A DNA stretch of 64,000 nucleotides, from the NCBI RefSeq assembly GCF_018977255.1, contig NW_024704742.1, forward strand, positions 61,382,001-61,446,000, read 5' to 3'. The notes under the pieces were generated by a model. The model made no database searches. It saw only the letters and a program-made list of their open reading frames with translations, and was not told the origin of the DNA. The number at the start of each line of letters is the position of its first letter. Within the stretch, counting starts at the first letter, position 1. The stretch comes from Callorhinchus milii (Eukaryota). Positions 24,729 through 36,374 of this stretch are shown here, piece by piece. A program made the position numbers and the translations under genes.

Positions 24729-25479
24729 GGTTTTGATTTATATCTAATAGGGTAGCTACATCAAGTATTCTTTCTTCCAAATGTCATATTTTTTCTAGGC
24801 TCAGTACTAAAGATAGAACTACTGCAAATCCACTTCATGTTATATTTTCCATGCTGTATGCAAATCTCCCATGTACAATCAGTGCTCACACATTACTGGT
24901 GGAAGATGTATCATTGAACAATCATTAAACAAAGGTTAGGACCCCATCACTGCTGTAAGAAATGTATAAAGTAAAATGCTTTGAATTATATTGGTAAAAC
25001 ATGTGATGCAACATTGATGGGGGTGGGTGGTCAGTGGTAGAGGAGAGTGGAGTTTTGCAACCTTTTCTTTGGTTTCCTCTATTTTATCAATGTTGTTATG
25101 ATCCTAAAGTTCCTCAGAACTTGTAGAAAGAATTATAGAAAATTAAAACTATTCAAGGGTGCCATTTAGCTCATTTCATCTCTGTTGGTGCTAGCCACCT
25201 CACTCGTACTTTTCTACAATATGATTTTCAAGCTTCAATTACTCTGTTCTGTGATTTTTTCTTTCCAGAATTCACCACTGATTGCTCCATCTCCAACTCT
25301 CAAATCCCTCCTTCCCAGGATTGAAGCCCCCTTACCTCTATTTTACTCTCTATGTTGCCTCCCATGTCACATTTCGTTCAATAATCAAGACAATTTTCCA
25401 ATTGATATAATAATAATCCTTGCATTTCATATAGTGCCTTATCAAGTCTTTGAGGATAGTGGTGATTGTTGCTGTTTTT

Positions 25480-25790
25480 AGGGGGATGGGAATGGTATCA
25501 CATGAAAGGGAGAGCTTGATGGTGTTGGAGAGTAGAGAGGCAAGGAGGTGGAGCTGGGAGCTAAGGAGAGGGTGGGGATGGGCTCGAGGGAGCAGGTGGT
25601 GTGTTTTATGATGGATATGGTGATGGTGAGAGAGGAGGGGGAGACAGGTTCGAAAATGTGGTGGGAGAGATGGGTAGGGTTCGATGTGTTGGGGAGAGAT
25701 GGGGAGAGAATGACAGTTGGGAGGGCAGAGGCAGCTGAATGGATCCCCTCAATTTTGGACTTAAAGAATTCCAGCATCTCCTCATACACA
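25480..25790 (-). mobile_element. L2 ORF2 fragment (upstream of the RT domain)
   Basis: EEMLEFFKSKIEGI...FEPVSPSSL...IKHTTCSLEPIPT. Confidence 0.8.
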
Positions 25791-25794
25791 CTGC

Positions 25795-26068
25795 AATTCC
25801 CTCAATCAGCCACAAAGTTAATGACAAATTTATTTGGAAATTGTTGGACATGACACCAGAAGAAACTTCTTTATCTTTTGGGGATCTATGGTGCTCATCT
25901 GAAGAAACACCTTGTCCAAAGGATGAAACCTCTGACTATGCATCTCTCCTCTCGCGGTGCACTGAAGTGCCAGTTTAGAGTGTGAGCTGGAAGTCCCAAC
26001 ATGGGGCTTGAACCTACAACCTTCTGACTCATAGGTAAGTTTGCTATCAACTGAGCTATGCTGACACC
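25795..26068 (-). mobile_element. DeuSINE 5' part
   Basis: GGGGCTTGAACCTACAACCTTCTGACTCA...TGCTATCAACTGAGCTATGCTGACA. Confidence 0.7.
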
Positions 26069-27172
26069 TACATTGGGACACCTGGATCCCTTCTATGCAG
26101 AGGCAATGGAAAAACAAACTCCAGACTTGCTTCAAGAGAAAATTAATGATGCAAACAGGAGCTTAAAAGCTTTTGATGGATAACAATGTAATCTACAAAA
26201 AAATGAAAATGTATTTCCAGTTCCATTCTATATGAGTTGCACAGTATTTTGCTACACTAGCTAAGATTGTTTGAGACAGATGTCATAAAAAGCAAAATTG
26301 CCAATTGTTGATGGAAATAAATCACTTTTTTTGTATTGATCAGGGTTAATAACTTATTTTTGTATTCAAAGTTAAATAGAGGCCATTGTAAACCTCAGAT
26401 TATGTTTGCATAATAGTGAGAGAACATAAAAATTATCATGTCAATTGATTTTAGCTTTTAAAGAAGAGCAGCACAAATCCCAGAGACCAAGTAAGGTTTG
26501 GCCTTGCCTGTTCGCCCACAAGAGTATCAGTTTCACAGCACCTGTGAATTTTGTAGTCATCTCAGTTATTCACAAAAACACTGGCTACATTACAAATGAA
26601 CTAGCTGCATTTCACTGTTGTTTTTAAGATTACTATTAATTTAGAGTTGACCAAACCAGATGCAACTGCAGTTACTGGAGCAAAACTATAAGCTAGGACT
26701 CATCTTTTCTGCTTCCAGTTAGGATACAAAAAAAACACTTCAAAGTAACAAATTTCTCCATTCACTCAGAACATTTTTGGTACCCTCTCCTACATTGTTA
26801 AACTTGGCAACAAACCTTGCCTGATTGATATGAACACAATGGAAATATATGAACAATATTGAGTTCTAAATTCACATACCAAGGCAAGCAACTGTATTTT
26901 TCAATCTTGCAAGTAGGTCACGGTTGTATCATAGAAAGTGCTTTACAAGTCCATTCATTTTTTTTACATATAGTTAAACCTTTTATACAACATAGGAGCA
27001 GAATCAATTGGACTTATATTTTATAAACATGGCCTTTTTCCCCTCTATTCCTATCACTGTGAAGTTCCCTTCTTCTCCCTTTCCCCCTCCACCCCCAAAA
27101 AAACTTTTTTCACACTGTGGGCATAAAGGAATAGAGGAGTGAAAATGAGGTGAACAGGAGGGTTGGGGGCTC

Positions 27173-27210
27173 ATGTGGAGTAAAAGAGCTTTATGTGGAG
27201 TAAAAGAGCT
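27173..27210 (+). repeat. 20-bp-period tandem duplication within an L2 tail remnant
   Basis: ATGTGGAGTAAAAGAGCT occurs twice, followed by GAAGGGCCTTATAAAATACAAGT. Confidence 0.85.
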
Positions 27211-27590
27211 CTGAGACACAACCCCATTTGAAGGGCCTTATAAAATACAAGTCATTGTTAATGTATAAATACCAGTATGGTCTAATTCAGTCGAATGGCC
27301 TGTCATGTCATTCCATGTAACTGTTTGCATTAAGGCAGTTGACCTCACTTCACCCAGACATAGAATAAAATCAGACAAAAGTACATATTACTAACTAGGG
27401 AAAAGAAGACTTGATGTGCCCAAAAATATGTTATCAAAATATTAAAAAGGATTGATATGCATATGTTTACACTGATAGAAGGGTTAATAACTGGGCAACA
27501 CAACTGAGAGATCAGAAGGATTTAGGGAATAGAAGTAGTCCTCTTAAACCTTGGAGGCGGAAATATTCAGTTTGGGTGTAAATTCATGTT

Positions 27591-28042
27591 AGCCTGGCTC
27601 AGTTGGTAACACTCTCACTTCTGAATAAGAACCTCAAGACTTTGGGCTCATAGTCTAGGCTGACACTTTTGTTGAAGGTGCTACCTATCCTTTAGCTCAG
27701 TGGTTAGAGCACTCGCTTTGTAAGCGAGAGACCTGAGTTCAATTCCAGGCAGGGCGAAACCTTGGGCAAGTTTCCTTACTCCACACGCCTAATAATAATC
27801 CCTCCAAAACCAAAAACAATAATAAATTGGTAATTTTCAATCTACGACTGTTTGTGGGACATTGCTGTGCGCAATTGGCTGCTGCGTTCGCCCACAAATA
27901 TACAGTCAATTCACTTTACAGTGTGTTCTGTGAAGCGCTTCGGGACGTCCTCCTGTTAAATGGAACATTGCTAAGCGAATATTGGCTGCTGTGTTTACCT
28001 ACAAATACACAGTCACTGCATAGAAACTCTGCACTGTGAAGC
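27591..28042 (+). mobile_element. DeuSINE split by a younger SINE
   Basis: Head AGCCTGGCTCAGTTGGTAACACTCTCAC...TCTAGGCTGACAC at 27591-27686; the 3' part resumes near 27960. Confidence 0.75.
27688..27953 (+). mobile_element. tRNA-Ala-headed SINE, short form, lacking its 3' tail
   Basis: Near-identical to 6833-7137 but stops at GGGACGTCCTCC. Confidence 0.93.
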
Positions 28043-28514
28043 CAGTTGCAAGTTAAAAACAGAGAGATTAGGGTGCTAAATTTTAAACATTGAAGCAGTA
28101 AATAGGAATTAATTAAACTAGATTATCTTTGGTAGGCTTAATTGGTCTGGTTTGCATTTTGCTTCCTCAAAGCCATATTTTAAAAGAAGCTGTGAAACCA
28201 GGAAGAGATGACAGATTGGCCTGAAGGCTATGAAAGCAAATACAATGGATAGTAATTGTGAAAATCATGTATGTGAAAAACTCATGCACATCTGCTGAAT
28301 TCACACTGAGGAAATCTCCACAACATGGAAACAATAGTTCAGATGCACATTCACCAGGTTTCTCACTTTCTGGTGGGAGGCAGGGAATGGTGAGCAGCTA
28401 GAAGAGCACATCAACCCTCTCCTCCTTTAGTGTTTCTTATCTTCCTGGAGGCTTCAGCCACTTACAGCGTAATTCCCAGAAAAGAATCTCTTCTTCAGTC
28501 CTCTAACAATCTTT

Positions 28515-28883
28515 GTGGAGTCTTGTAGCTTAGTGGTTAGAACACTCACCTCGCAAACGAGAGGACCTGGGTTTGATTCCTGGACAGGGCGAAAACTCAG
28601 GCAAATTTTCTTACTACACACACCTCTGTTTACCTAGCAGTAAATAGGAACCCGGTTGTTAGTCGACTAGCAGATCACTTTACCAGGGGTAATAATCCTT
28701 TAAGTAAAATGTAGTCACTCAATCCACAACTGTTTGTGAGACACTGCTGTACGCAATTGGCTGCCGCGTTTTGCCCACAAAATATACAGTCAATTCACTT
28801 TACAGTATATCTTGTAAAGTGTTTTGAGATGTCTTGAAGATGTAATAAGGCGCTGTATCAAATGCAAGGATTATTATGATTAT
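28515..28883 (+). mobile_element. tRNA-Ala-headed SINE, long (older) form
   Basis: Same head and tail as the short form plus an internal block at 28626-28689 (CTGTTTACCTAGCAGTAAATAGGAACC...). Confidence 0.9.
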
Positions 28884-28925
28884 TCACCATCTCTGTCAAT
28901 GGATGTTGCACTTAGCCCTTCTCTT

Positions 28926-29478
28926 ATAGAATCATAGAATTATACAGCACAGAAGGAGGCCATTCAGCCCATCCTGTCTGTGATGGCTCTTTGAAAAAAG
29001 CTATCCAAATGAATCCCACTCCCCCACTCTCTCCCCATATCTCTGCAAACTTGTCCTCACCAAGTAATTATCTACTTCTCTCTTAAAAGTTGTTATCGAA
29101 TCGGCTTCCACCACTCTTTCAGGCAATGCATTCCAGATTTGAACAACTCGCTGTGTGAAAACATTTCTCCTCACCTCCCCTCTGTTTCTTTTAACAACTA
29201 TTTTAAATCGGTTTCCTCGGATTAGTACCCACCAGCCAGTGGAAATAGTTTGTTCTTGTTCACCGCATCGAATCCCCTCATAATTTTGAAAACTTCTATC
29301 AAATCTCCTCTTAACCTTCTCTGCTCCAATGAGAATAACCCCAGCTTCTCTAGCCTCTCCTCATAACTGAAATCCCTCATTCCTGGTACCATCCTGGTAA
29401 ATCTCCTTTGCTCCCTCTCCAATGCCTGGACATCCTTCCTAAAGTGTGGTGCCCAGAACTGAATGCAGTACTCTAGCT
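28926..29478 (-). mobile_element. CR1 LINE 3' end including 3' UTR
   Basis: MEREQRRFTRMVPGMRDFSYEERLEKLGLFSLEQRRLRGDLIEVFKIM; CR1-type terminal repeat ATAGAATCATAGAAT and GAAGGAGGCCATTCAGCCC. Confidence 0.95.
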
Positions 29479-29654
29479 CTTTATTTTTATTTTCTCAACT
29501 ATTTGAGAAAAGAAGGACCGTTGTCCTGGGTTACTGACAATAATACTCTAGATTGCAAATGGTGTATTGTATTGAGAGTTATTCAAATGCAAATGTAAAT
29601 GCAAGGACTTTAGGTAAATTGCTCATTCACCTGGTGGTTAGTTGTACAGCCTTT

Positions 29655-30145
29655 CTTTACTTTCCTCCACCTGTGTCATGTTGCTTGCCCTGAAACCTTA
29701 CCTCACACCCAATGCAGCCAAAACCCTTATTCACACATTTGTTACCTCCTGCCTCAATTATTCCAATGCTCTCCTTGCCACTCCATTGCACCCTATTGAT
29801 TCCTACCTCTCCCACCTGCTTACACCCTACTCCACTACCTGCTGTATTCATTCAGCTGGCTCCGGCGTGCTGCATATCTTTTGTCCCCTCCATTGCACCA
29901 TCGGCAATGGTGCAGTGGAGGTGACAAAAGATGCTTTTGAGCTATTACACCTTGAAACTGTGGAGCTCTCTCCCTCAATCCCTCTGCCTTGCCCCCTCTT
30001 TAAGTACCTTCAAATCACACCTGAATCCCTTCCTCTTTGACCGTATCCCTGGTCACCTCCCGTTTCTCTCTGGCTCGGCGTCAAACTCTACCGCTGTTAA
30101 GCACTTCAAGATGGTACCCTGCTTGAAGGGCACTATACAAAAGTG
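29655..30145 (+). mobile_element. L2 3' fragment with internal deletions
   Basis: PYLTPNAAKTLIHTFVTSCLNYSNALL...; LWSSLPQSL...FKSHL..FLFD; tail GAAGGGCACTATACAAA. Confidence 0.85.
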
Positions 30146-30149
30146 TCAA

Positions 30150-30243
30150 CCTCTACTAAGAGCTCAAAATACTGATGTGGGGCTTGAATTCACGTCCTTA
30201 TGACTCTGAGATGAGAGTGTTACCAACTGAACCAGGCTAACAC
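30150..30243 (-). mobile_element. DeuSINE head fragment
   Basis: GGGGCTTGAATTCAC...GACTCTGAG..GAGAGTGTTACCAACTGAACCAGGCT. Confidence 0.7.
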
Positions 30244-31589
30244 TTGGCACTTAAACGCAATTACTCTAAAGTACTTTGGATCATCTCAGCATGATAAAGC
30301 ACTGTAAAAATTCTTTTATTTGTCATTTTGGAAATTACATATTTGTTTCTTGAATAAACTCTGCTCTTTAAAAATCTCATTAGATTAGGCAAGTTCAAAG
30401 ACTTTTTCTATATTAGGAACACATTAATTGGCAAGGGGCAACAAGCATGCTTCATGGTCAGGTGCCACTTCCCTTTTACCCTTACAATATCAATGCAAAT
30501 AAATACTTTGATGACAGATTATGACAAGAGGTCACGAGAGAGGTTTAGATGAAACGATTTCCACCAGATGCCTTCAAAGGGATTTAGTTCTTTCATGAAA
30601 AATTGTTTACTATTAACCTCCTAGAGCTTTTCAATGTCTTTCTTTGGCTCCATCCAACTCAGTATCTCAGAAAGTAGGTCAGTGACAGCATATCACATGG
30701 CAGACAGCAAACATTGTCCATTAATGTACTCCTTGGCCATCTACATCTGGCTCAAAACCATCATGTCAATTTATTGCTGATGTATGGGAGAATCCATTGG
30801 CAGATGCCTTCTCTGGTGCAAAAAGTAGGATTAGATTTATCAGTCTTCAACAATTTAAGCTCTAGATTCTTAGAGTCGTCACTAAGAGAATAAAAACATC
30901 TGGTCCCTGCATCGCCAGAAAATTGTCATTCCACAATTTTTCAAATACATAAAGCAGCTAATGCCATCCACCCTTACAGGGTGCTTGTGGAGTATGAGGG
31001 TAACTGATGCATATAATAGAATTAATAGAATTCAAATTCTTTGGAAAGTATCAGAGAGAAAGTTTAGAAATATTCAGATCCTCAAATTGTGATACACTTT
31101 CAGACTATGAATTGATGGTTTGGGTAGAATTTGGATATCGATTTTTGTTGCATTTCTTCACAGATTTTTCAATTAAGAAATCTGATTAGTAACAGGAAGC
31201 GTGTCCTACAAGTCATTGTAATGGAAAGGAATCGATGGATTGAATTGGAGCAATGTCACCGATTTCTGAATTTTTGAATCAAGAAATTCATTCAGAAAAA
31301 ACGCAAAACCAAGTTACAATAACTGGCAGAACAGACTCAGTGGGATGAATGGCCTGCTCCTATTCTTAACTGTTAGAATGCATAAGAATAATGTGTCCTA
31401 CCATTATGTGAATTGGATCAATGTCACTATCTACTGTTTATCGCAAGTAAGGATTTGGAAGAATAGTTGTTTGCATAGGTAAAGTGATTTGCTTCCAGCA
31501 GTTAAGACTGTAACTGGAGTACAAGTAAATCGCTATCAATTAAGAAGTCTCAATTCATCATCAAGATTCTACTGGCAGAGAACATGTTC

Positions 31590-31710
31590 TATCAGATGGT
31601 GGAAAATATTAAATGCTATGGCAGATCCAAGAGAGAATTTAGGACGAACCTCTTTACACAGAGGTTGGTGAAAATGTGGAACTCAGTGCCAGAAGCAGTG
31701 GTTGAATCAT
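31590..31710 (+). mobile_element. CR1 ORF2 C-terminal fragment
   Basis: RTNLFTQRLVKMWNSVPEAVVE. Confidence 0.75.
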
Positions 31711-31869
31711 CAATGCCTTTAAGCAGAATTCCAATGCAACTCTATCAACCCGCAAAACCAACTTGCAATAAACTGGCAGAAATTTAAATGATATATTTTT
31801 TAATTTGCCATAGTTCACTTCCAGTGATCTCAAATTCATCTTTAAATGCTTTCAATGAACAACAGCCGC

Positions 31870-32140
31870 TTCACCGCCCACACATTATCTATCCCACTAG
31901 ACAGGCTTTCAGCTATTCTGCCCCCCACTCTCTGGAGCTCCATCCTGGCATCCTTCCTATCCATTCCCTTGCTATTTCATCTCATTCAAGGTCTGATTCA
32001 AGAGTACCTCTTTGACCATGCCTTCAGTCAACTTTCCTCTTCCCTTGGCTCCCACATGGGGCTCAGGTGGCTCAGCCAGCAATGTTAAATGCTTCGAGAC
32101 ATCCTCCCAATGAAAGGCGCTATATAAATGTAAATTGTAT
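31870..32140 (+). mobile_element. L2 3' end fragment
   Basis: AFSYSAP.LW..., YLFDHAF; tail GAAAGGCGCTATATAAATGTAAATTG. Confidence 0.8.
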
Positions 32141-32689
32141 TGCCTTATTTGTTAGAAATTTAACTTTATACCCTATGTAGATGATGTCTATCTCTCTACG
32201 TTGTTGGTACATGTATCTATTTATTAACCAACAACAACGAGCATTTATACAGTGCCCTTCACCCTGATGTTGAATGGATGGATGATAGCCCAACCATCTT
32301 TCCCGTAAATAGATTTTATAAACTGAACTCTAAACAAGATCAAAGGATGCCTTGTTGGAAATTAAGATTTTTCTGTTTGTGGAAGCATAATATGAAGTAT
32401 TGTTTCACTTCAATCAACATTGCAATATTTTCCATAAATAATTGAAAGCGGGCAACAATAGTTAAATCAGCAATGAAACTCTGTGATATCAGAGCCTCCA
32501 GGTATTATTTTCAAAATTCATAATATTACTTTAAAGTACATTCTAAATGAAGGTGCCCATAGGTGAAATAGGAACTTCATCACAATAAAATCATTTTATG
32601 CCATAAAAGGAATATCATTGAATATATTGGTATGATACTGCTACTAAATCTATGATTTATATTTCATTTTATATTATATTTTATATTAC

Positions 32690-32803
32690 ATTTCGCCCAC
32701 AAATATTCAGTCAATTCACTTTACAGTCTATTCTGTGAAGCACTTTGAGACGTCTAGAAGATGTGAAAAGCACTATGTTAAATGCAAGGATTATTATTAT
32801 TAT
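32690..32803 (+). mobile_element. tRNA-Ala SINE 3' fragment
   Basis: TTCGCCCACAAATATTCAGTCAATTCACTTTACAG...GCAAGGATTATTATT. Confidence 0.85.
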
Positions 32804-33082
32804 GTAAGTATAATCCCCCCCACTCCTTTTTAACGTAATATTGGTTTAAGCAATCTTGTTATAAATCCACAGTGGTTAAAAAAATAGCATATTTTGTTTT
32901 ATTCGTTCTGTTATGAAGGCATTGACTCTTGCTGGGTGTTGGGGTATTGGTTCCATGAGAAGTATTAGCATACAAGTTAATGGAGGTAAAAACAACATTG
33001 TTTCAATGGTTAGTGATCTGTTACATAATCTGGAAAATGGGAATTGATGCTATGCCTTCAGGTTTACAAGGACCATACTAAT

Positions 33083-33170
33083 CAACAACAACAACAACAA
33101 GATTACATTTGTATAGCGCCTTTCACGTCGGGAGGACGTCCCAAGGCGCTCGACAGTGTACAGCATTTCA
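33083..33170 (-). mobile_element. Young, extremely 5'-truncated L2 (about 85 bp)
   Basis: (CAA)n tail plus an intact CpG-containing stem-loop; probable TSD TAATCA(A/G)CAA at 33079 and 33171. Confidence 0.88.
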
Positions 33171-33316
33171 TAATCAGCAATATTTAGATACTTTAATACA
33201 CAAAATGCCACACTGAATTATCTGGTTGTGTGTTGTTACATTGTTTGATTTACTATGAAACTTAAAAGGGTATTCCAGGGCATTGCTGATGAGAGAACAG
33301 TCACATCCTCGGCAGG

Positions 33317-33972
33317 ACAACAACAACAACAACAAGATTCCATTTATAAAGCGCCTTTCACGTCAGGAGGACGTCCCAAGGCGCTGCACAGTTGGGTCAG
33401 GACCCGAGCAGGGGGGAAATGGTCAGGTTGAGGGGAGGGAAGGGAGGGAGCGAGGAGGGGGGAAATGGTCAGGGTGAGGGGAGGGAAGGGAGGGAGCGAG
33501 GAGGGGGGAAATGGTCAGGGTGAGGGGAGGGATGGGAGGGAGCGAGAAGGGGGAAGAGAGTCGAGAGGGGAGCTGAAGGCTCGGTCAAAGAGAAAGGTTT
33601 TGAGACCGGCCTTGAAGGAGGAGAGGGAGGAAGCGGCGAAGGCACTGGGGGATGGAGTTCCAGAGCCTGGGGGCTGAGAGCTGAAGGCCCGACCACTGAT
33701 GGTAGGGCGATTGGGGCGGGGGACGTGGAGCAGACCGGAGCCAGAGGAACGGAGGGTACGGGCAGGTAGGTAGGGGGATAGTAGGTCAGAGAGGTAGGAG
33801 GGAGTAAGGCCGTGGATAGCCTTATAGGTGATGATGAGGATCTTGAAATCAATCCTCTGGGGGATGGGGAGCCAGTGGAGGCGAGCGAGGGTGGGAGTGA
33901 TGTGGTCGCGAAGCCTGGTGCGGGACAGTACACGAGCTGCAGAGTTCTGAATGACCTGCAGCTTGTGGAGGA
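33317..33972 (-). mobile_element. Young L2 (subfamily B) 3' portion
   Basis: Open, CpG-rich frame LHKLQVIQNSAARVLSRTRLRDHITPTLARLHWLPIPQRIDFKI...LKTFLFD; (CAA)n tail. Confidence 0.95.
33411..33548 (+). repeat. 46-bp tandem triplication in the L2 3' UTR
   Basis: Units start at 33411, 33457 and 33503; the sister copy near 34180-34225 has a single unit. Confidence 0.92.
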
Positions 33973-34087
33973 CCTGAAAAGACAGATCAGTCACTAGGGG
34001 CAGGGACTCTTCCCACTCAGCTCTTGTTAACACTGCAAAACAAAGCCCTAATGGGTAGGAGAGTCGTAGCTGGCCACTCCTTTCTCA

Positions 34088-34273
34088 AACAACAACAACA
34101 ACAAGATCGCATTTATAGAGCGCCTTTCACATCGGGAGGACGTCCCAAAGCGCTGGACAGTTGGGTCGGGACCCGAGCAGGGGGGAAATGGTCAGGGTGA
34201 GGGGTGGGAAGGGAGGGAGCGAGGAGGGGGTAGAGAGTCGAGAGGGGAGCTGAAGGCATGGTTGAAGAGAAAA
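34088..34273 (-). mobile_element. Young L2 3' UTR fragment, same subfamily as 33317-33972
   Basis: (CAA)n tail; CAGTTGGGTCGGGACCCGAGCAGGGGG is shared with the copy near 33390. Confidence 0.93.
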
Positions 34274-34294
34274 CTTAAAAGGGTATTCCAGTTC

Positions 34295-35570
34295 ATTCCA
34301 ATCAGGTTTCTGTGCCACCCAAAGCACAGAAACAGCCCTGGTTAAAGTGACAAATAATATTCTGTCCATCTGTGACCAGGGCTCCCTCTGTTTCAACATC
34401 CTCCTTGACGTCTCTCTGTTTTCGACACCGTCGACCATTCTATCCTCATCCACCGCCTCTCCTCTAACTTCAACCTCCACGGCTCTTCCTTGAATGGTTC
34501 AGATCGTACCTCTCACACCACCTGCACTTCATCTCTACAAACATCTTCTCCTCTGGCACCCGGACTGTCTCATGCAGCATGACATCAATATGCTCCATCT
34601 TGGTGACATCATCCGCAGACATAGGGGCAACTTCCACATGTGTGCGGATGACACCCAACTCTACCTCTCTGCCTTCATCCTCAACTCCAGGACCACTGCT
34701 GTCCTGTCTGAATGTCTGTCGGACATCAAATGAGATAAGAGCTAACTTTCTTTAGTTAAATGTAAACAAGATTGAGGCTCTCCTGATTGGCTCGAGTCAG
34801 CACCTCCACACCTCATGCGCTGACAGCATCACCATCCATGGTTGCACACTCCACCTTACTAAGCCCGTCCAGAACCTTGGGGTCTTGTTTGACCCTCAAC
34901 TATCCTTTCTACCAGACATCTGCACCATGACTTGCTCTGCCTTCCCCCACCTCCGCAACATTGCCGGGAACCGCCATTGTCTCACACTGCAGGCCCCCGA
35001 AATCCTCATACATGCTTTCATTATATCGATGTTCGACTATTCAAACTTATTGCTTGTTGCCCTCCCCAACTCCTCCCTTCATAGGCTGCAGATCATCCAG
35101 CACTCTGCAGCCCGTGTCCTCTCCCGCACTAGGCTCCACAACCCTATCAACCCCATCCTCGCCCAACTCCACTGGCTTCCCATCACACAGAGGATACGGT
35201 TCAATATCCTGGTCTTCGCCTTGAAAGCCCTCCATCGCCTTGCTCCCCACTATTTCTGTGACCTCCTAACCCCCTACCATCATGCCTGCTCCCTCTGCTC
35301 AGTGAGCTCCGGCCTGCTTCACGTCCCCTGCCTCGCTTGCCCCAAAATTAGCGAGCGGGCGTTCCGCCACTTTACGCCCACCCCCTGGAACTCCATCCCA
35401 TATTTCCTCCACCTCACTCCCTCCCCTGACACCTTCAAGACCCATCTCAAGCCCCTCCTCTTTGACTGTGCTTTCAATCTCCCTGCTTCCGCCCTCCCCG
35501 ACTCCAAATACCAGCTCGGGGTCTGTTCAGTGCCTTGGGACATATTCCCGATCTTAAAATTTTGTTGTTG
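34295..35570 (+). mobile_element. L2 LINE (subfamily B), truncated and degenerate RT plus C-terminus
   Basis: QSGFCATQSTETALVKV, FHMCADDTQLY, FDPQLSFLP, LHWLPITQRIRFNIL, LKPLLFD; stops and deletions present. Confidence 0.93.
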
Positions 35571-35934
35571 TTTAATGACAAGGTATGCGGTTTTAGTTGT
35601 TAGACTCCAGCAGTATCCCCAGTGCACAATGTCCCCCAAACCTTCACTCTTGTCAATCTGCACCTAATACTGCACCTAATTCAGTAAGTAGAATGCATCC
35701 CACAGGAGGAAAGTGTACATTCTATTCCAATAAATATCTCTGGGATTTCCATGTGTAGGTGGGATGAATGGAATTCTCAGCTTGGTTTGGATACTCTTAA
35801 GCATGGTGATGGGTTTCTACATGGATCAGATGCCCATCTGACCAAAACAAAATGTTAAAATGATCAACTTCATAAGTCACCTAAAGGAAAAGCTAACACT
35901 TTCAGCCTGTGAAATTACATTTCTCTCCAAGAAA

Positions 35935-36363
35935 ATAATAATTATACTTAATATTGCATCTTATCATGTCATTGTAACATCTCAAAATGCTCCACAGGAT
36001 TTATTGTTAAGACTGGTTACAATGTATTTTGTAGGCAAATGTAGCAGCCAATTTGCACAAAGCAATTTCGTACAAAGAGCTATGAAGTGAATAACAATAC
36101 AATTTATCTTTCATGTCGTCTCAAAGTGCTTGAACCACTTTTATGTTGGGGATTGTTGGCCAGGACACGCAGAGAAATTCCTTTCTCTTTTGGAATATTG
36201 CCATGGTATTTTTAACAACCTCAATTTAATGTCTCATTAGAAAGACAGCACTTATGCATTTCATTGGAATGTCACCTTAGATGAAGAACTCAAAGTCCCG
36301 ACAACTATGATTTTAAACCCAGAACCTTCTGACTCAGAGGGATTAATTAAGACAGGCTGACAT
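35935..36363 (-). mobile_element. DeuSINE, near full length, degraded
   Basis: Tail, GGCCAGGACAC, AACCTTCTGACTCAGAGG, GGCTGACA. Confidence 0.78.
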
Positions 36364-36374
36364 CTATACTTTTC

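Noticed and set aside
33411..33548. CRISPR-like regularly spaced repeats
   Set aside because: The units are contiguous with no unique spacers, sit inside a LINE 3' UTR in eukaryotic DNA, and have no cas genes nearby.
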